NCBI RefSeq assembly: GCF_009914755.1
Contig: NC_060942.1
DNA length: 64,000 nucleotides
Strand: one strand, 5' to 3'
DNA from: the human T2T-CHM13v2.0 reference genome, Homo sapiens
Shown: piece after piece, positions 1 through 15,343 of the stretch
Layout: the number at the start of each line of letters is the position of its first letter
Position numbering within the stretch: position 1 is the first letter of the stretch
Notes under the pieces: model-generated
The model's input: the letters and a program-made list of their open reading frames with translations, nothing else
Database searches by the model: none
Told to the model about the DNA's origin: nothing
Translations under genes and position numbers: made by a program

Positions 1-369
1 ATGTGAAGAGACACGGGGAGAAGGCTGCGGGAGGACAGAGGCAGAGATTGGAGGGGTCCTGCCACAACCCAGGGAACATCTGGGCCACCAGAAGCTGAAA
101 GAACAAGGAAGGGTCCTTCCTCTACAGGTTTCAGAGGGGGCATGGCTCTACCAGCATCTGGATTTGGGATTTCTGGGCTCTGGAACTGTGAGATAATAAA
201 TTTCTCTGGTTCTGATCCGCCCAATTTAGGGTACTTTTTACAGCAGCCCTAGGAAATTAGCACAGAATCCAAGTGGGACAGCCGAGGTCATGGGTGGATA
301 TGAAACTGTAGAGTTCAAAGGAGAGATCTGGACTAGAGAAATAAAATTTGGAGTTTTCACCACATGATA
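1..369. repeat. Copy 1 of a local duplication (MLT1 LTR 3' part plus L2 flank), truncated by the window start
   Basis: Base-by-base match to 3475-3840, about 12 substitutions and one 3-nt indel by manual count. Confidence 0.95.
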
Positions 370-1636
370 CTTCACCAGAATAGAAATTGGTACAGTTTTG
401 TGGGGAAGCAATTTATAGCTTGCACCACTACTCAAACATGAGTCTCAGGTAAATTAATATACTTAGAATTTCTTCTAAGGGAATTTTCCAATGCAGTGAT
501 TTATAGATAGGATTGATGGTCACGGGATTATATATGACAGTGAAATATTTGGGCACTACCTACGTTTCCAATAATGGTGACATAAATAAATGATGGTGCA
601 CATTTCATTAAGTGCGGTTAGTCATTAAATCCTGTGTTTTCAGGAAAAGAATTCATGACATAGAGAAATGATGAAATAAGTGGTACAGTAAAATCCAAAT
701 GTCATTTAAAATAAAAATGTATAAAAAAGACTGGATAGGAATACTCTGAAGTGTTAGCAATTCTGAATAGTGAAATAATGATTTGTATTTTCTTAGATCT
801 TCTCTATATGTTTTAGATTTTATGCAATGAAAATGAATTATTTTTAGAGAAATTATATTACATGTTCTTGTATTTTAACAATTTATTGAGACAGAAAAAA
901 TAAAATAGGTAGAGTGGAGTCCCAAAGAGAGGGACTGATTTTATGAATCAGTAAATGCCAGTGTTATCCCTGGACCAGCAATGAGGTTGCTGAATAAAAA
1001 AGTGTATGTTTGTGTGTGTTGGTGTGTTGTAAAGCTAGGAAAAATGTTTGGCAGTTTGAAAGAAATATATCTGCCAACAAATATTCAGAAATTACGTGCC
1101 ATATTTTTTAAAAAAGAAAACTTTAAGCATTCTTTATAGTAGGAGAAACAGGGACTACCGAGGTCAGAGGAAATGAGCAGAGTCTAGAACCTCAGGGAGC
1201 AACAAAGGATGGGCATGGTCAGCAACCATAACCGTAAGCTGAGCTCTTTCAGACTCCTGCAGGCCTTGGCCTGATGCGTGCTCTCCTGTGCAGCCACGCC
1301 ACTTGTACACAGTTCATTTTAGTGCAGGCGAGTTATCTAAATCCCACAGTAAACACCCTCAGTATGACTAGTGCACAGGTACATGCTGAATATGTGTCTC
1401 TTCATTCATTTAACAAATTCCACATGAGCAGCTGTGATAAGCCAGGCAAGGTTCTAAGCTTTGTAGAACAAAATTAACAAAATCTCTCCTCTTGTGGGGC
1501 TTGCTTTCTGATGGGAGGAGATAGAATGTAACGAAAATAAGTAGCTTATTTGTACTATGGAGAAAAATAAAGCTGGGAAGGTAGATAAGGAGTGGGGTAA
1601 GTGAGACTTGTAAGTAGAGTGGCCAGGCAAGGCCTA

Positions 1637-1941
<305 letters not shown>

Positions 1942-2833
1942 TGAGCACATGATTCATAAAGAGGAAGGAAGCCATGAAGACATCAGGGGAAAGAAATTCG
2001 AGGCAGAGGGAGCAGACAGCAGTGCATGCAGGAGAGCATAAGCATGCGTGCTCTGGGAGGGGACAGCAAGGAGTCCTTGTGGCCGGAGCAGGATAAGCAG
2101 AGGAAGGAGTGTTGGCAGTTTAGGTCTGTGCTGGTGGGGAAGCCAGTGAAGTCAGATAGGGCATAGGGGCTGCTGTAAAAGGCTTCAGCTTTTATTCTGA
2201 ATGCAATGGAGTCCCGTCGGAAGGTTTTGAAAAAAGGCGTGACATTGTCTGCTTTCTACTGTAGAACAGAAGAGTTTTCTGTGCTTGTCTCCAGTTCCTT
2301 TTGGAGGACTAAGTGTGGCTGCTGTGTTAAGCATAGACCAAGAGATGGCAAGGGAGGAGGCAAGGACACAAGCGAAGAGACTGCACCGACAGCACAGGCC
2401 AGAGGCAGTGATGGCTGGTCCCGAGTGGTAGCAGGAGAGAGATGGGTGGGTTTCAGACGTATTTTCAAGGTAGGACCAACAGGGTTTGCTGATAGATTGA
2501 AGTGTCAAGAAAAAAATCAAGGATGTCTCTGAGGTTTTCAGCTTGAGCAACTACAAAGATGGATTTGCCATTTTCTGAGAAGGAAACTACAGGAAAATGA
2601 GGTCCGGGTGGGAGATGAGGAGAAATTAAGAAGTCGGGATTTGTTTGGGGACTGAGAAATTTGAAATGTCTCTGACATCTGTGATGGATTTAATTGTGTC
2701 CCCCCAAAAAGATGTTGAAGTCCTAACCCCCAGTACCTCCGAAGGTGACCTTATTTGGAAACAGAGTCTTTAGGGAGATAATCAATTTAAAATGAGGCAA
2801 TTAGGGTAGACCCTAATCCAATATTTTATAAGG

Positions 2834-3101
2834 ACAAGAACAGAAAACCAGACACCGCAGGTTCTCACTCATAAGTGGGAGTCGAACAATGAGAACACAT
2901 GGACACAGGGAGGCGAACAACACACACCAGGGCCTGTCAGGGTGAGGGGTAAGGGGAGGGAGAGCATTAGGACAAATAACTGATACATGTGGGGCTTAAC
3001 ACCTAGATGATGGGTTGATAGGTGCAGCAAACCACCATGGCACAGGTATACCTGTGTAACAAACCTGCACTTTCTGCACATGTATCCCGGAACTTGAAGT
3101 A

Positions 3102-3136
<35 letters not shown>
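2834..3136 (+). mobile_element. 5'-truncated primate L1PA 3' end with poly(A)
   Basis: ttctcactcataagtgggagtcgaacaatgagaacacatggacacaggg...aaacctgcac...A-tail. Confidence 0.9.
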
Positions 3137-3138
<2 letters not shown>

Positions 3139-3139
3139 T

Positions 3140-3434
3140 GCTCGGGCAAGGTGGCTCATGCCTCATGCCTATAATCCCAACACTTTGGGAGGCTGAGGTG
3201 GCAGATCGCTTGAGGCCAGGAGTTCAAGACCAGCCTGGCCAACATGGCGAAATCCTGTCTCCACTAAAAATGTGAAAATTAGCTGGGCATGGTGGCAAGG
3301 GCCTGTAATCCCAGCTTCTCAGGAGGCTGAGGCACGAGAATCTATTGAACCCGGGAGGCGGAGTTTGCCATGAGCAGAGATTGCACCACTGCATTCCAGC
3401 CAAGGCGACAGAGAGAGACTCTGCCTCAAAAAAA
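3140..3434 (+). mobile_element. Alu (AluS-like) directly after the L1 poly(A)
   Basis: Dimeric Alu sequence, with a small internal duplication ctcatgcctcatgcc. Confidence 0.9.
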
Positions 3435-3474
3435 GGGGTTGGGGGTGGGGTGGAAATTGAGACACAGGGAGAGA

Positions 3475-3840
3475 ATGTGAAGAGACACGGGGAGAAGGCT
3501 GCGGGAGGACAGAGGCAGAGATTGGAGGGGTCCTGCCACAACCCAAGGAACATCTGGGCCACCAGAAGCTGAAAGAACAAGGAATTGTCCTTCCCCTACA
3601 GGTTTCAGAGAGGGCATGGCTCTACCTGCATCTGGATTTTGGGTTTCTGGGCTCTAGAACTGTGAGATAAATTTCTCTTGTTCTGATCCGCCCAATTTAG
3701 GGTACTTTTTACAGCAGCCCTAGGAAATTAGCACAGAATCCAAGTGGGAAAGCCGAGGTCATGGGTGGATATGAAACTGTAGAGTTCAAAGGAGAGATCT
3801 GGACTAGAGAAATAAAATTTGGAGTTTTCACCAGATGATA
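3475..3840. repeat. Copy 2 of the local duplication
   Basis: Matches 1-369. Confidence 0.95.
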
Positions 3841-4337
3841 TTTAAAACAACGAGACTGTATGACGTTCTGAAGGTGTATAGACAGTGAGCCCTGGGGGAA
3901 CTGTTGCTTTAAAGGGTTTGGGAGTTGAGGAGGAACTAGCAAAGCAAACTGAAGGCATTGCCAGTGCTGTAGAGGCAAACCAGGAAGGATAGTTCCCAAG
4001 TAAATAAAGTGTTCTAAGGAGAAAGGAACATTCATCTTGACCAAATGCTACTGGCAGGAAGGAATGTTCATCTTGACTAAATGCTACTGGCACATTATGT
4101 AAGGTGAGGACTAAAAAGTGACCATTGGATTTAGCAACATGGAGGTCACAAGAAATCCACACTCATCGATTCAGATAGGATCAAAATCCTCACTGGAACG
4201 AGTTCCAGAGAAACTTGGAGAGGAATTAGAGATGGAGAATAAGTAGCTCTTTAGAAGACTTGGGCTATCGAAAGCATCAGAGCAATGGGATACCAACTGG
4301 AGGAATAACTGGAGGAGAGTTGCACAGGCAGGAATAG

Positions 4338-4818
<481 letters not shown>

Positions 4819-5637
4819 AGGTCTCTTCTGATTGACTCATTTTCCTCAATGAAACAGGAAGCAAGGTCATCAGCTGAGAGTGAAGATGTGGAGTGGGAGA
4901 TCTGAAGACAGAGGGGGAGGCATGAAATTGTTCTGTTGTGGAAACGAAGGGTGAATGGACTGGGAAGGGCAGCACAACTCCCAGGCAGCATGGAGGGCTC
5001 GCTGGAGGCTGTGGCCATGCACTCGTCAGCATGGCTATGCCAGCCAGAGGGGAGTGGACTCGGTGCAGGGCTGTGACCAGGTGTCAGGGGTAAGCTGGGG
5101 AGTTGAGGGTTTTGTGAGGGAATGATGGGCATGACTGGCTGTAGGGTGAGCTGGGTGAGAAGAGAGACCAGGACAGAAGATGTCAAGACCTTTGTTGAAT
5201 GAATGGGCAAAGATAAAAAAAAAGAAACTGTCATCTCAAACAGTTCAAGTCAGGACTGCAAAAGAGGACCAGGTGCCTGTGCCTGGTAGGAAGGAGGACC
5301 AAGATGGCTTCCAAGAGGAAAAGTCTTAAAGCATGAACGGAAATTTGGACAGACAGATGAGCAGGTGAGGAATGGGCAGGTCCAAGGAGAGAATGTTGTG
5401 TGCCAGTGCCACCCCAGAGGCGGCAATACAGGTGTGGCCTGCAGGTAATGCACTTACCAACAGGCCTAGAAACTGCCTTCTTCATTACTGAGGATTAGTA
5501 ATAGTAATTATTATTTCTTAATTATAAATTTAATGCTCCTTTGTCACTCCCCAGTGTGTGTGTATACACACACACACGAGAATTATGTATGTAACAATGA
5601 CATATTTACATATGTAAGAAATTATAAAATTATCTAT

Positions 5638-5930
5638 GGCTGGACACAGTTGTTCATGCCTGTAATCTCAGTGCTTTGTGGGGGGCCAAGGCAGGAGGAT
5701 AGCTTGAAGCCAAAAGTCAGAGACCAACCTGGGTGCCATAGCGAGACCCTGTCTCTGCAAAAAAATTTTTTTAATTAGCTGAGTGTGATGGTGCATGCCT
5801 GTAGTCCCAGCTACTCAGGAGCCTGAGGCAGAAGGATCACTTGAGCCTAGGATTTCAAGGCTTCAGTGAGCTATGACTGACCTCTGCGCTCTAGCCTGGG
5901 TGACAGAGTGAGACCTGGTTTCTAAAAATT
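5638..5930 (+). mobile_element. Alu (AluJ-like)
   Basis: Diverged dimeric Alu. Confidence 0.88.
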
Positions 5931-6812
5931 TAACTAATGTGTACATTGTATAAATATAAAACAAAAGCATATTGTCTGTCTCCTCCCCCTACCCACCACC
6001 CGTCTCCATTCCAATTTCCTTCTTCAGATCTTATGAACATTCTTCCTAGCCACCTTTAGGCCAACTCCTCATCTGCTGGGTTTCATGCAGTATTCCAGAA
6101 GACCAGCCTGAAAATAGAGAACTCAAGCTCTTGTATGTTTAGTCTGGGTTCCTGCCAAATAACGTGCAGCACTGTCGAGAATGATGTGACGGACAGAGCT
6201 TGATGCACAGCATGATGGGACACCCTGTCCACTTGCCTGTGAGTCATGAACATTTCATCATAGGGTTTACAGTTTTTTGTTATAGATGTTTAATCACAAA
6301 AATAACAGAGGCCACTTATGCTAAGTATATTCTGTGAGGATCATTCTTGCACACGAAAGGTAACAGCATGACCTTGATATGGTAAGGCCTTGGCATTGCA
6401 GAGGAGAACAGGCTGCAGAAGGTAATGTGCAATCTCATAAACTGGACTCCTTGTCAGCATTCTTTTGATATTTCACAAATGACAAAAGTCATCAAGAGAA
6501 GATTCCAATGGTTCAGATATTTAACGGTCACCCGTGTTTATACTACTTTTGAATGGGTGAAACTTTAGGATGGGGATTAGTTAAATCATGCTATAAATTC
6601 AGGCCCAGAAAATAATGGAGAAAGAATTCCCAAAGCTACTAGAATTCTCCCACAATTGAGATGTCAGTTCACACCCACAGAGGGCTTCTGGTGGTGACAG
6701 TTGGTGGAATGAGAGCCAGGATCCTACAGCAACAGCCCTTCATGAAGGGCACATGAAAGCTCTGAAGAGTGCAGAAAGTCTCACTGTGGTCACTGGATGA
6801 AATTATGACCTC

Positions 6813-7370
6813 CAGTTTCTCAGAAAACTAAAAGTGGATCCACCATTCGATCCAGCAGTCCCACTACTGGGTATGTAACCAAAGGAAAATAAATCATTAT
6901 ATCAAAAAGACACCTGCATGCATGCGCTTGTCACTGCACTGTTCACAATTGCAAAGATACGGAATCAGCCCAAATGCCCATCATCCGATGAGTGGATAAA
7001 TAATATTTATAGAAATATTTATATACCATGGACTACTACTCAGTCATAGAAAAGAATGAAATAATGTCTTTTGCTTTAACTTGGATGGAGCTGGAAGCCA
7101 TTATTCTAAATGAAGTAACTCAGGAATGGAAAACCAAATACCACATGTTCTCACTTATAAGTGGGAGCTAAGCTATGGGTACGCAAAAGCAGACAGAATG
7201 GTATAATGGACATTGGAGACTCGGAGGGGGGCAGGTAGGGGAGTGAGACATGAAAAACTGCCTATTGGGGTACAGTGTACACTGTTTTGGTGGCAGGTGC
7301 ACTAATATCCCAGACTTCATTGCTATCCATGTAACCAAAAACCACTTGTTCCCCTAAAGCTATTATAAAA
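6813..7370 (+). mobile_element. L1 3' end (L1PB/L1MA-like)
   Basis: gatccagcagtcccactactgggtat...catgttctcacttataagtgggagctaagctatggg. Confidence 0.85.
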
Positions 7371-7781
7371 ACTTGTTTTGCAAGAAATTGAAACTTAAAT
7401 TTTAGAAAACTTTTAAAAAATTATGACTCTGGATTCCTATAAATGTCTGCTTCTGTTTGGTGTTGTATCTATAGCAACATAGTGACAATATTAGGTAGCA
7501 ATTTCTGAACCACAGCTTTGAAAATTTGAGCAATGGTGTTTCCAATTTCATTTATTAAATTCTTTTAAAAAGTTTAGTTATTACCGATGATGGCAAAGAA
7601 CATATAGGTTTCATTAAGTGAGAGTTTTTTATGTTATAGTATTCTATGTTTTCTTTATCTATTAATGGGTTTTTCTTCTTATCTGCAGTGACCCTGTCTC
7701 TTTGAAGTTTTAAATCCAGCCTAAGTTTTCAATAGTTGGTTTGTATTTCTAATACGAAATTCAGAACATCCTTGATCATGA

Positions 7782-8068
<287 letters not shown>

Positions 8069-8636
8069 CATCCTTGATAATGATTTAAATCCACTTTTCC
8101 ATAGGACTAAGCTTGACTATCTTTGACACCATTTTGACCACATTATTAACTCTAGCAAATAGGATAAAATATAACAGTCATACTTTTAAAAAATACCTTC
8201 CCTACATCCAGAACTGGGTTTCTGAAAAATAATAAATAGGAAAATTCATGGTTGAGGGACAACATTGGGAAGCAATAGCAATAGGTGACCTGTGAGAACC
8301 CGAAAATAGTTATTTCTTCATTCCACATAATACAATAAAGGTGAAGCACCACATAAACAGTCCGCCAATTGTATAAACATATTTTAAAATAGTAATAACA
8401 AATATTATTCAGTAGTTCTTATTTACCATCTCCTGCTTGGCAGAAACTTTTCAAGAATCTGCCATTTCCAAAATTTCATGAAGATACTTATAAAAGCATC
8501 TCCCTTATTTCTGGAAATATGCCTATTTTCCCATGTGTCTGTTGTGATAGACAATTGTTCAGAGTCATTCTGGTTTTAAGACTCAGTTATTCTTTCTCTC
8601 CTTGCCTTAATTCTTTCCTTAAGTCCTACCTAGTGC

Positions 8637-8960
8637 TTTTTTTTCTTTCTTTCTTTCTTTTCTTTTTTTTTTTTTTTTTTTTTGAGACAAGATCTGTCGC
8701 CCAGGCCGGAGTGCAGTGGTATGATCTCAGCTCACTGCAGCCCATACCCGCCGGGCTCAAGTGATCCTCTCATCTCAGTCTCCTGAGTAGCTGAGACTAC
8801 AGGCTCATGCCACTAGGCTCAGCTACTTTTTTTCGTTCATTTTTTGTAGAGACCAGGTCTCCCTATTTTTCCCAGGCTGGTCTTGAACTCCTGGACTCAA
8901 GGGATCCTCCTGCCTTGACCTCCCAAAGTGCTGCAATTACAGGATCACCACACCAGGCAG
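8637..8960 (-). mobile_element. Alu (AluJ-like)
   Basis: Reverse Alu with T/CTTT tail. Confidence 0.88.
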
Positions 8961-11900
8961 CTATTGCTTCTTATCTGGTTCCTTGAGATGCAGAGTAACC
9001 GGGCTGCTTTGAATGAAAGAAGGCTTGGAATAACCATCATTTAACCTATTTCACTTAACCCAGCCCCCTGTCTGTCAATAACCAGGTTTCCCTAGCCTAA
9101 GCTCTATCTGTGATTCCTTCCTGCTAAAGCACAGGCCTAAGGGCCTCTCACAGGAGAGTGCAGTTCTCTTTCTGTCTTCCTCCTTTCCCTTCATATTAAT
9201 TGGTTTTGTTGCAAAAACCCGTATTTCTTTAATTTTTTTTATTTTTTCCCTTCTTTTCATGGAAGTCATAAAAACCTGGTCATTCTATTTCTAACCCCGG
9301 TTCTCTCTCTCTCTTTTTTCTTTTTCTTTAACGTTTTTCCAACAAGATTGTCTGTTTATGCATATCCTCTGTATCTGGAATTGTCCCAATGACTTCAAAT
9401 ATGTGGGGGTATACATTTTTGTGCACTAAAATTTTGAATAACAAGAATTTTTGTTTGAAAGGGATCATGGCATCCTATTTTAATTAATCTCAATAACAAA
9501 TAACTTGTTCAATTCTAGAACCACAGTCTGTCATATCTACATATAACAGTAATAGCAGTTCAGATATGTAAAACTTGTTATTGCTCATCCTGTAAGGCGA
9601 AGAAAACACATTCTGCTGAAGTCTTTGTTTTCAATACTTTTTCTCTCATTCATTGTGATCAGGGTGGTAATACACCTGTTTTAATTTATTTTTGATCATT
9701 TTTCCTATTTTGTTTTGTTTTTCTGAAAGACCAAAACTTTCATTTGGTTACCCCTTTCAAAAATTTTGTTTTTTGTTTTTCTTTCAACTGTTGACATACT
9801 CTCTCTGAGACATATGGTAACATATTATTTCCATGGGGCATGCCTAGGCATTTTGTGGGAAATTACATGTATTTCACAGAAGTAGATGCTCTTTTTGACC
9901 AATATTTTTATTTTAAATGCTATTAACCAATATGCTGTTAATATTCAGCAAGAGTAATCAAGTAACTCGTCCAGTGAAGCTGATGGGATTCTTGAGAGAG
10001 TGCAAGGTTTCCCTCTCTGGAGAATCTGTTGAAGGAGGGTTTTTGCATATATGCTGGTTTAAAGGAAATGGAGGTGTTGAACTTTAGAACCATGTTGCTT
10101 ATGGAAATAGCTTCGCGTAGAGTAACTCTTAGTCCATTTTGAAACCCTCTTCCCTAGAAATTTCTATCTCTTTCATTTAATACTGTGGCAAGGTTAATAA
10201 TATTTACACATACTTTCTTCTGTGTTGTGAGATGTTAGTTTAAGTTGGAACATGCTGGCTTGTCATTTTCTAAAGTGAATCAGTTTATCTTTGGTTTAGC
10301 CTGAAATTGCAGCAGAGAGTACGCATCCTCCTGGGATCTGAATGTAAAATAACTGAAACAGATTGAAGTTGGCAGTGACTAATGAAGTCTTGCGCATAAG
10401 TCGGCAAGTCAGTAGGTTTCTGCGTATCAAGAAGGAAGAGCAGAGGAACCTGAGCCCCTGGGGTCTAGGCATTTCTTCCTTCTTCCCCCTGTGCCCAGCT
10501 CTGATGGAGGAGGGGAATTTAACCACAGATATTCCACCTACATTCTTTCTAAAGACATCAAATTCCTAGTATACAAATTCGTTACATTACTGGTAATTCC
10601 CAGCTAGCTTCCTTGTTTAACGAGCCGTTTTAGCTGCCTAAAGGTATTCTACATAGCAATTTTAATCAGTCATATAAAATTGATGAAGCTGAGATACCAG
10701 GGAAAATTAGAATGGTTATATTGTTTCTTTGATAACTCCTTCCGCAGGCTGGCTACACTGTTCCACCTTTAGTGCCCTGGAAATGACTCCATGTCACCAA
10801 TTTACATAGTAAAGACCACTTTGCTCATAGCTGAGTCTCAGTATGCCCAGTGAGGCTTTGTGTTGTTTTGTTTTGTTTGTGGTCAGCATTCATATATTTC
10901 CGTACATCACTACACGTATACACCTTTACTTCAGAAAATGCCAGATTAATTTCTTTGTTTCTTTCTTGAAATGTTTTCTTTTTGCACTTTTTTTTAACCA
11001 TTAACATGGTATCAGGGATCCATAGTATCGCGTTGTATTTACAAGATTACAGAAATACAATCTGCTTGGCACATTTAGAAATATGTTTTGAAAGAAATTG
11101 GTGTGCTGTTACCCTTCGGTTCAGTTCTCCCAGCCCGTTCCCACATAGAGAGCAACAAGATTTGTGTTTTCCAGCTCATTAAACTGACAGCAGAAATTAG
11201 TTTGTGGTATTAAAAACTAAAAAGTTAAATTACAGCTACACATGTCCTTTATGCAGTGGGGCGTGTGGAAGATGTTTGATTTTAATGTTTGCTATAATGG
11301 AGAATTTAAATTACAATGTTTGTCAAATCTCTAATCTTTGTTACAGAGTGGAATATTAATTACGCTTTTAACTATGAGAGGTAAATAAAATGAGCATCCA
11401 CTGCACGCCCAGGGGTAAATTGCAGATTACCGACAACGTGACATAATGCACTAAATGTCAGTTTTGTCAAACAAATTTAGAAGAACGGTTAAACTATTAG
11501 CTTCCTGTTGTTCTAGGGCCTTTCTTGCAGCAAGCAACTATTGGGAGCAGCAGGGACACTGTGCCTTGTGGAAGACTAAGGGAGTTAAATTGAATAAGCA
11601 AGATGAATGGGGAGACAGCACCACAGAGGCACTCAATTAGTTTATAACTGTCTATTAACTTCTGTAGGTGGTTTTGAATAAACAGCAGATTATCTGTTGC
11701 ACTCTTGGGGGACAAGGGGAGCCATGGGAGAGGGTCAGTGTAGCGCTCAAAGGAAAGAGATTTTTTGATTCTCAATTGCCCTCTGTCTTCTCCTTTCCTA
11801 CTTTTGTGCATGAAGCATGGGTAATGGTTGTCAAAACCTTCTACATGTTTAAAACTTACACGCATACAAAGGAGCAGTGCCCGCCTTGACATTTCTCTTG

Positions 11901-12254
11901 GCAGTTCTTGCATGGAACACTGGTGTGATGCCCCCAAAGAATAAGTTGAATTTAGGTTCTTTGGCTACTTTTTCAGAACATGTTCTTGGGAAAAGAGTAG
12001 TAACTCTTGGTTCTTAGAACTCAGGAAGATAAAACCTCTCCATGAATGATCATAGCCAGGATTTCTTTCCAGAGAGGGCTGAGAGTGTGGAGGGAAACTG
12101 ATGGAGCTCTCTGCATCATGCAGTACATCCTGGAGACTTGCAGGGCGTGGGAAGTCCCCTTGCTTCCAGTGAAGGCATTGTTTCTAGCTTCAGTGTTTAT
12201 GCAAGTTCTAATCTCCTGATGCTTACCTTAGAGTACATTTAGGAACCAGTGCTC

Positions 12255-13220
<966 letters not shown>

Positions 13221-14523
13221 GGTACAATCACTAGATCATTATAAAGAATTGCAAATTTTAATGAAATTGCTGAAGAAACATGGTGAGAATTAAAGGGGAA
13301 GGAGATAAAAGATTAGAGATGAAGGAAAAAACAAGACCAAGAAGATGTGGAAACTATGAGTGATGACTTCCGAACTTTAAAGTATTTTTAGTGCTTCTGA
13401 ATTTATGTCCTTCAAACTGTGTACCAACTTGCTTTTTTGAGCATGCAGACATTACATAATGCAAGCCATTTATCAGAGTTCTTTTACATAGCACAGAACA
13501 GTCATAAGATACTCTTACTTTTCAACACACATACACACACATATATCCCACAAAGGGATTCATTTTTCTTTTGCTATTTTGAAAAGGCTGAGAAATGTAT
13601 GCCTCCACCAGCAGGATTGGGGCATTCTTTATGTGAACCTGTCCCACTTAAAACCAGTTGTCAAGGAGAGAATCAAGATAAAACACAGTGTGTGGTGGGT
13701 GGATCCACTAAGTGAGGAAAGCTTATTAGGAAAGAGTTAGGAAAGCTGTAGTTCCTCCTGAATAAGACTCCTTTGAGAAAAAGAGCCAAGACTTAATCTA
13801 ACTCTTGGGTATCTGTTTTGACACCTGTGTCTGTAATTGCTGGTTTGCTTTGTAATAGGGGTGTTTTCTTTGGTCATCCATTGAATTACCTTTAATTCAA
13901 TTACCATTGAATTACATTGAATCGATGCTCTTAATACCTAAGTTTTCTTTGAGCTAAATGTAAGCATTTATGTGCTGATGGATGTTATTAAACCCTACAT
14001 CTCCTTTATAATCATTCATGAGATCCATCAGCATGAGGGCAGTTTCTTCATCAACAGACTGTACAAAACCCTTATGAGGTAAGATCTCAGTGAACAAAAT
14101 GAGAATAATCAGATGAAATAATAGTCAAGTGATTGCCCTTGAAAAATAGAGGCACTTGATACAACTTAGACTTGAAGTCTCTTTTTTTTTCTGTTTTTCC
14201 TCCCACTAAACTATTGCAGATTTGACAGGGTGTTTATTTTGCAAATATGATTGGAGGGATTTGTCAAGGAAGACTAGGATAGCAATGGTCATGAAGAAAA
14301 GCATTATCCAAATTATAACCCAAAGTTTACTCACCCATTTCCCTGTGTTCCCTGGCACTTTGTGGAGCCTGTATTGTTGTCGCTGTGGGGGTTGGTTTCA
14401 CATGCCGTCTATCCCAGTACCTGTGAGTTTCTCAGAGGCCAGGGCTGTCATTGTCACCCTGCATCCCAAGTACCTAGCCCAGTGCTGAGCTCACAGGGGA
14501 TGCTTATGCAATGTTGAATGGAT

Positions 14524-15343
14524 TGTTAAAAGAAAAATGTTAGACAAATTAAATTTAACAGAGTTTAATTGAGCAAGGAAAAATGATTAGTGAATCAGGC
14601 AGCCCTCAGAATAAGAGCAGATTCAGAGAGAGCCAATGCTGCCATGAGGTTGGAGAAAATTTATAGATAGAAAAACGAAAGTGACACACAGAAGACAAAA
14701 GTGAGGTACAACAGCTCCATTGGTTACAGCCTGGCATTTGCCTTGTTTGAACAGTTGTTTGCCTGTGAGTGGATGAAGTCTGGTGCTGAGTTTGTCTGGG
14801 GCTCGGCTATTGTTACAGAAGCACACTCCTAGCTCAGGTTTTCAGTCCGCTGATACTAAATCAAGTTTAGCCTAAACCTTCCTCCTTACATATTTTAATT
14901 TTGGCCTACAGATTTCCCTGTGCATAGTGAACTGTAACCTAAACAGACTGTAACCTACCAATGATTGTGATTGTGCCAATCACCAAGTCTTGGCCAAAGG
15001 TGGCCAACTGCTCAAACTGGGTTCAAGCAAGGCAAATACCACACTGTACCCAGTTCATTGTTTCTGTACCTCACTTCAGTTTTCTGTATGTACCTCACTT
15101 TTCTTTTTCTGTCCATAAATTGTCTCCCACCACGTAGCTGCACTGGAGTCTCTGAGCCTACTTTGGCTTGGGAGGCTGCCCAATTCAAGAATCATTCTTT
15201 GCTCAGTTAAACTCCATTACATTTAATTTGGCTAAAGATTTTCTTTTAACACTGACCTGCTAAGATAAGTTGTGGTTTGTCCATAAGAACTCAAGTATGC
15301 AAATATGGAGGTTTTTTCAGGCCAGATTTTGGTTGATTTAACA
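14524..15343 (-). mobile_element. MER57-family ERV1 solo LTR (outer element)
   Basis: tgttaaaagaaaa...atttaaca termini; degenerate 4-bp TSD ggat/gaat; sits in an L2-type (gaat)n tail. Confidence 0.75.
14854..15251 (+). mobile_element. MER57A/B-like solo LTR (inner element)
   Basis: aagtttagcctaaa...ttttcttttaaca, flanked by a perfect 4-bp TSD ctga (14850-14853 and 15252-15255). Confidence 0.85.

Larger units (their letters stand above)
2680..3734 (+). mobile_element. MLT1 (MaLR) LTR split by L1PA and Alu
   Basis: Starts tgtgatggatttaattgtgtcccccc, ends acagcagccctaggaaattagcaca, typical MLT1 termini. Confidence 0.8.
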
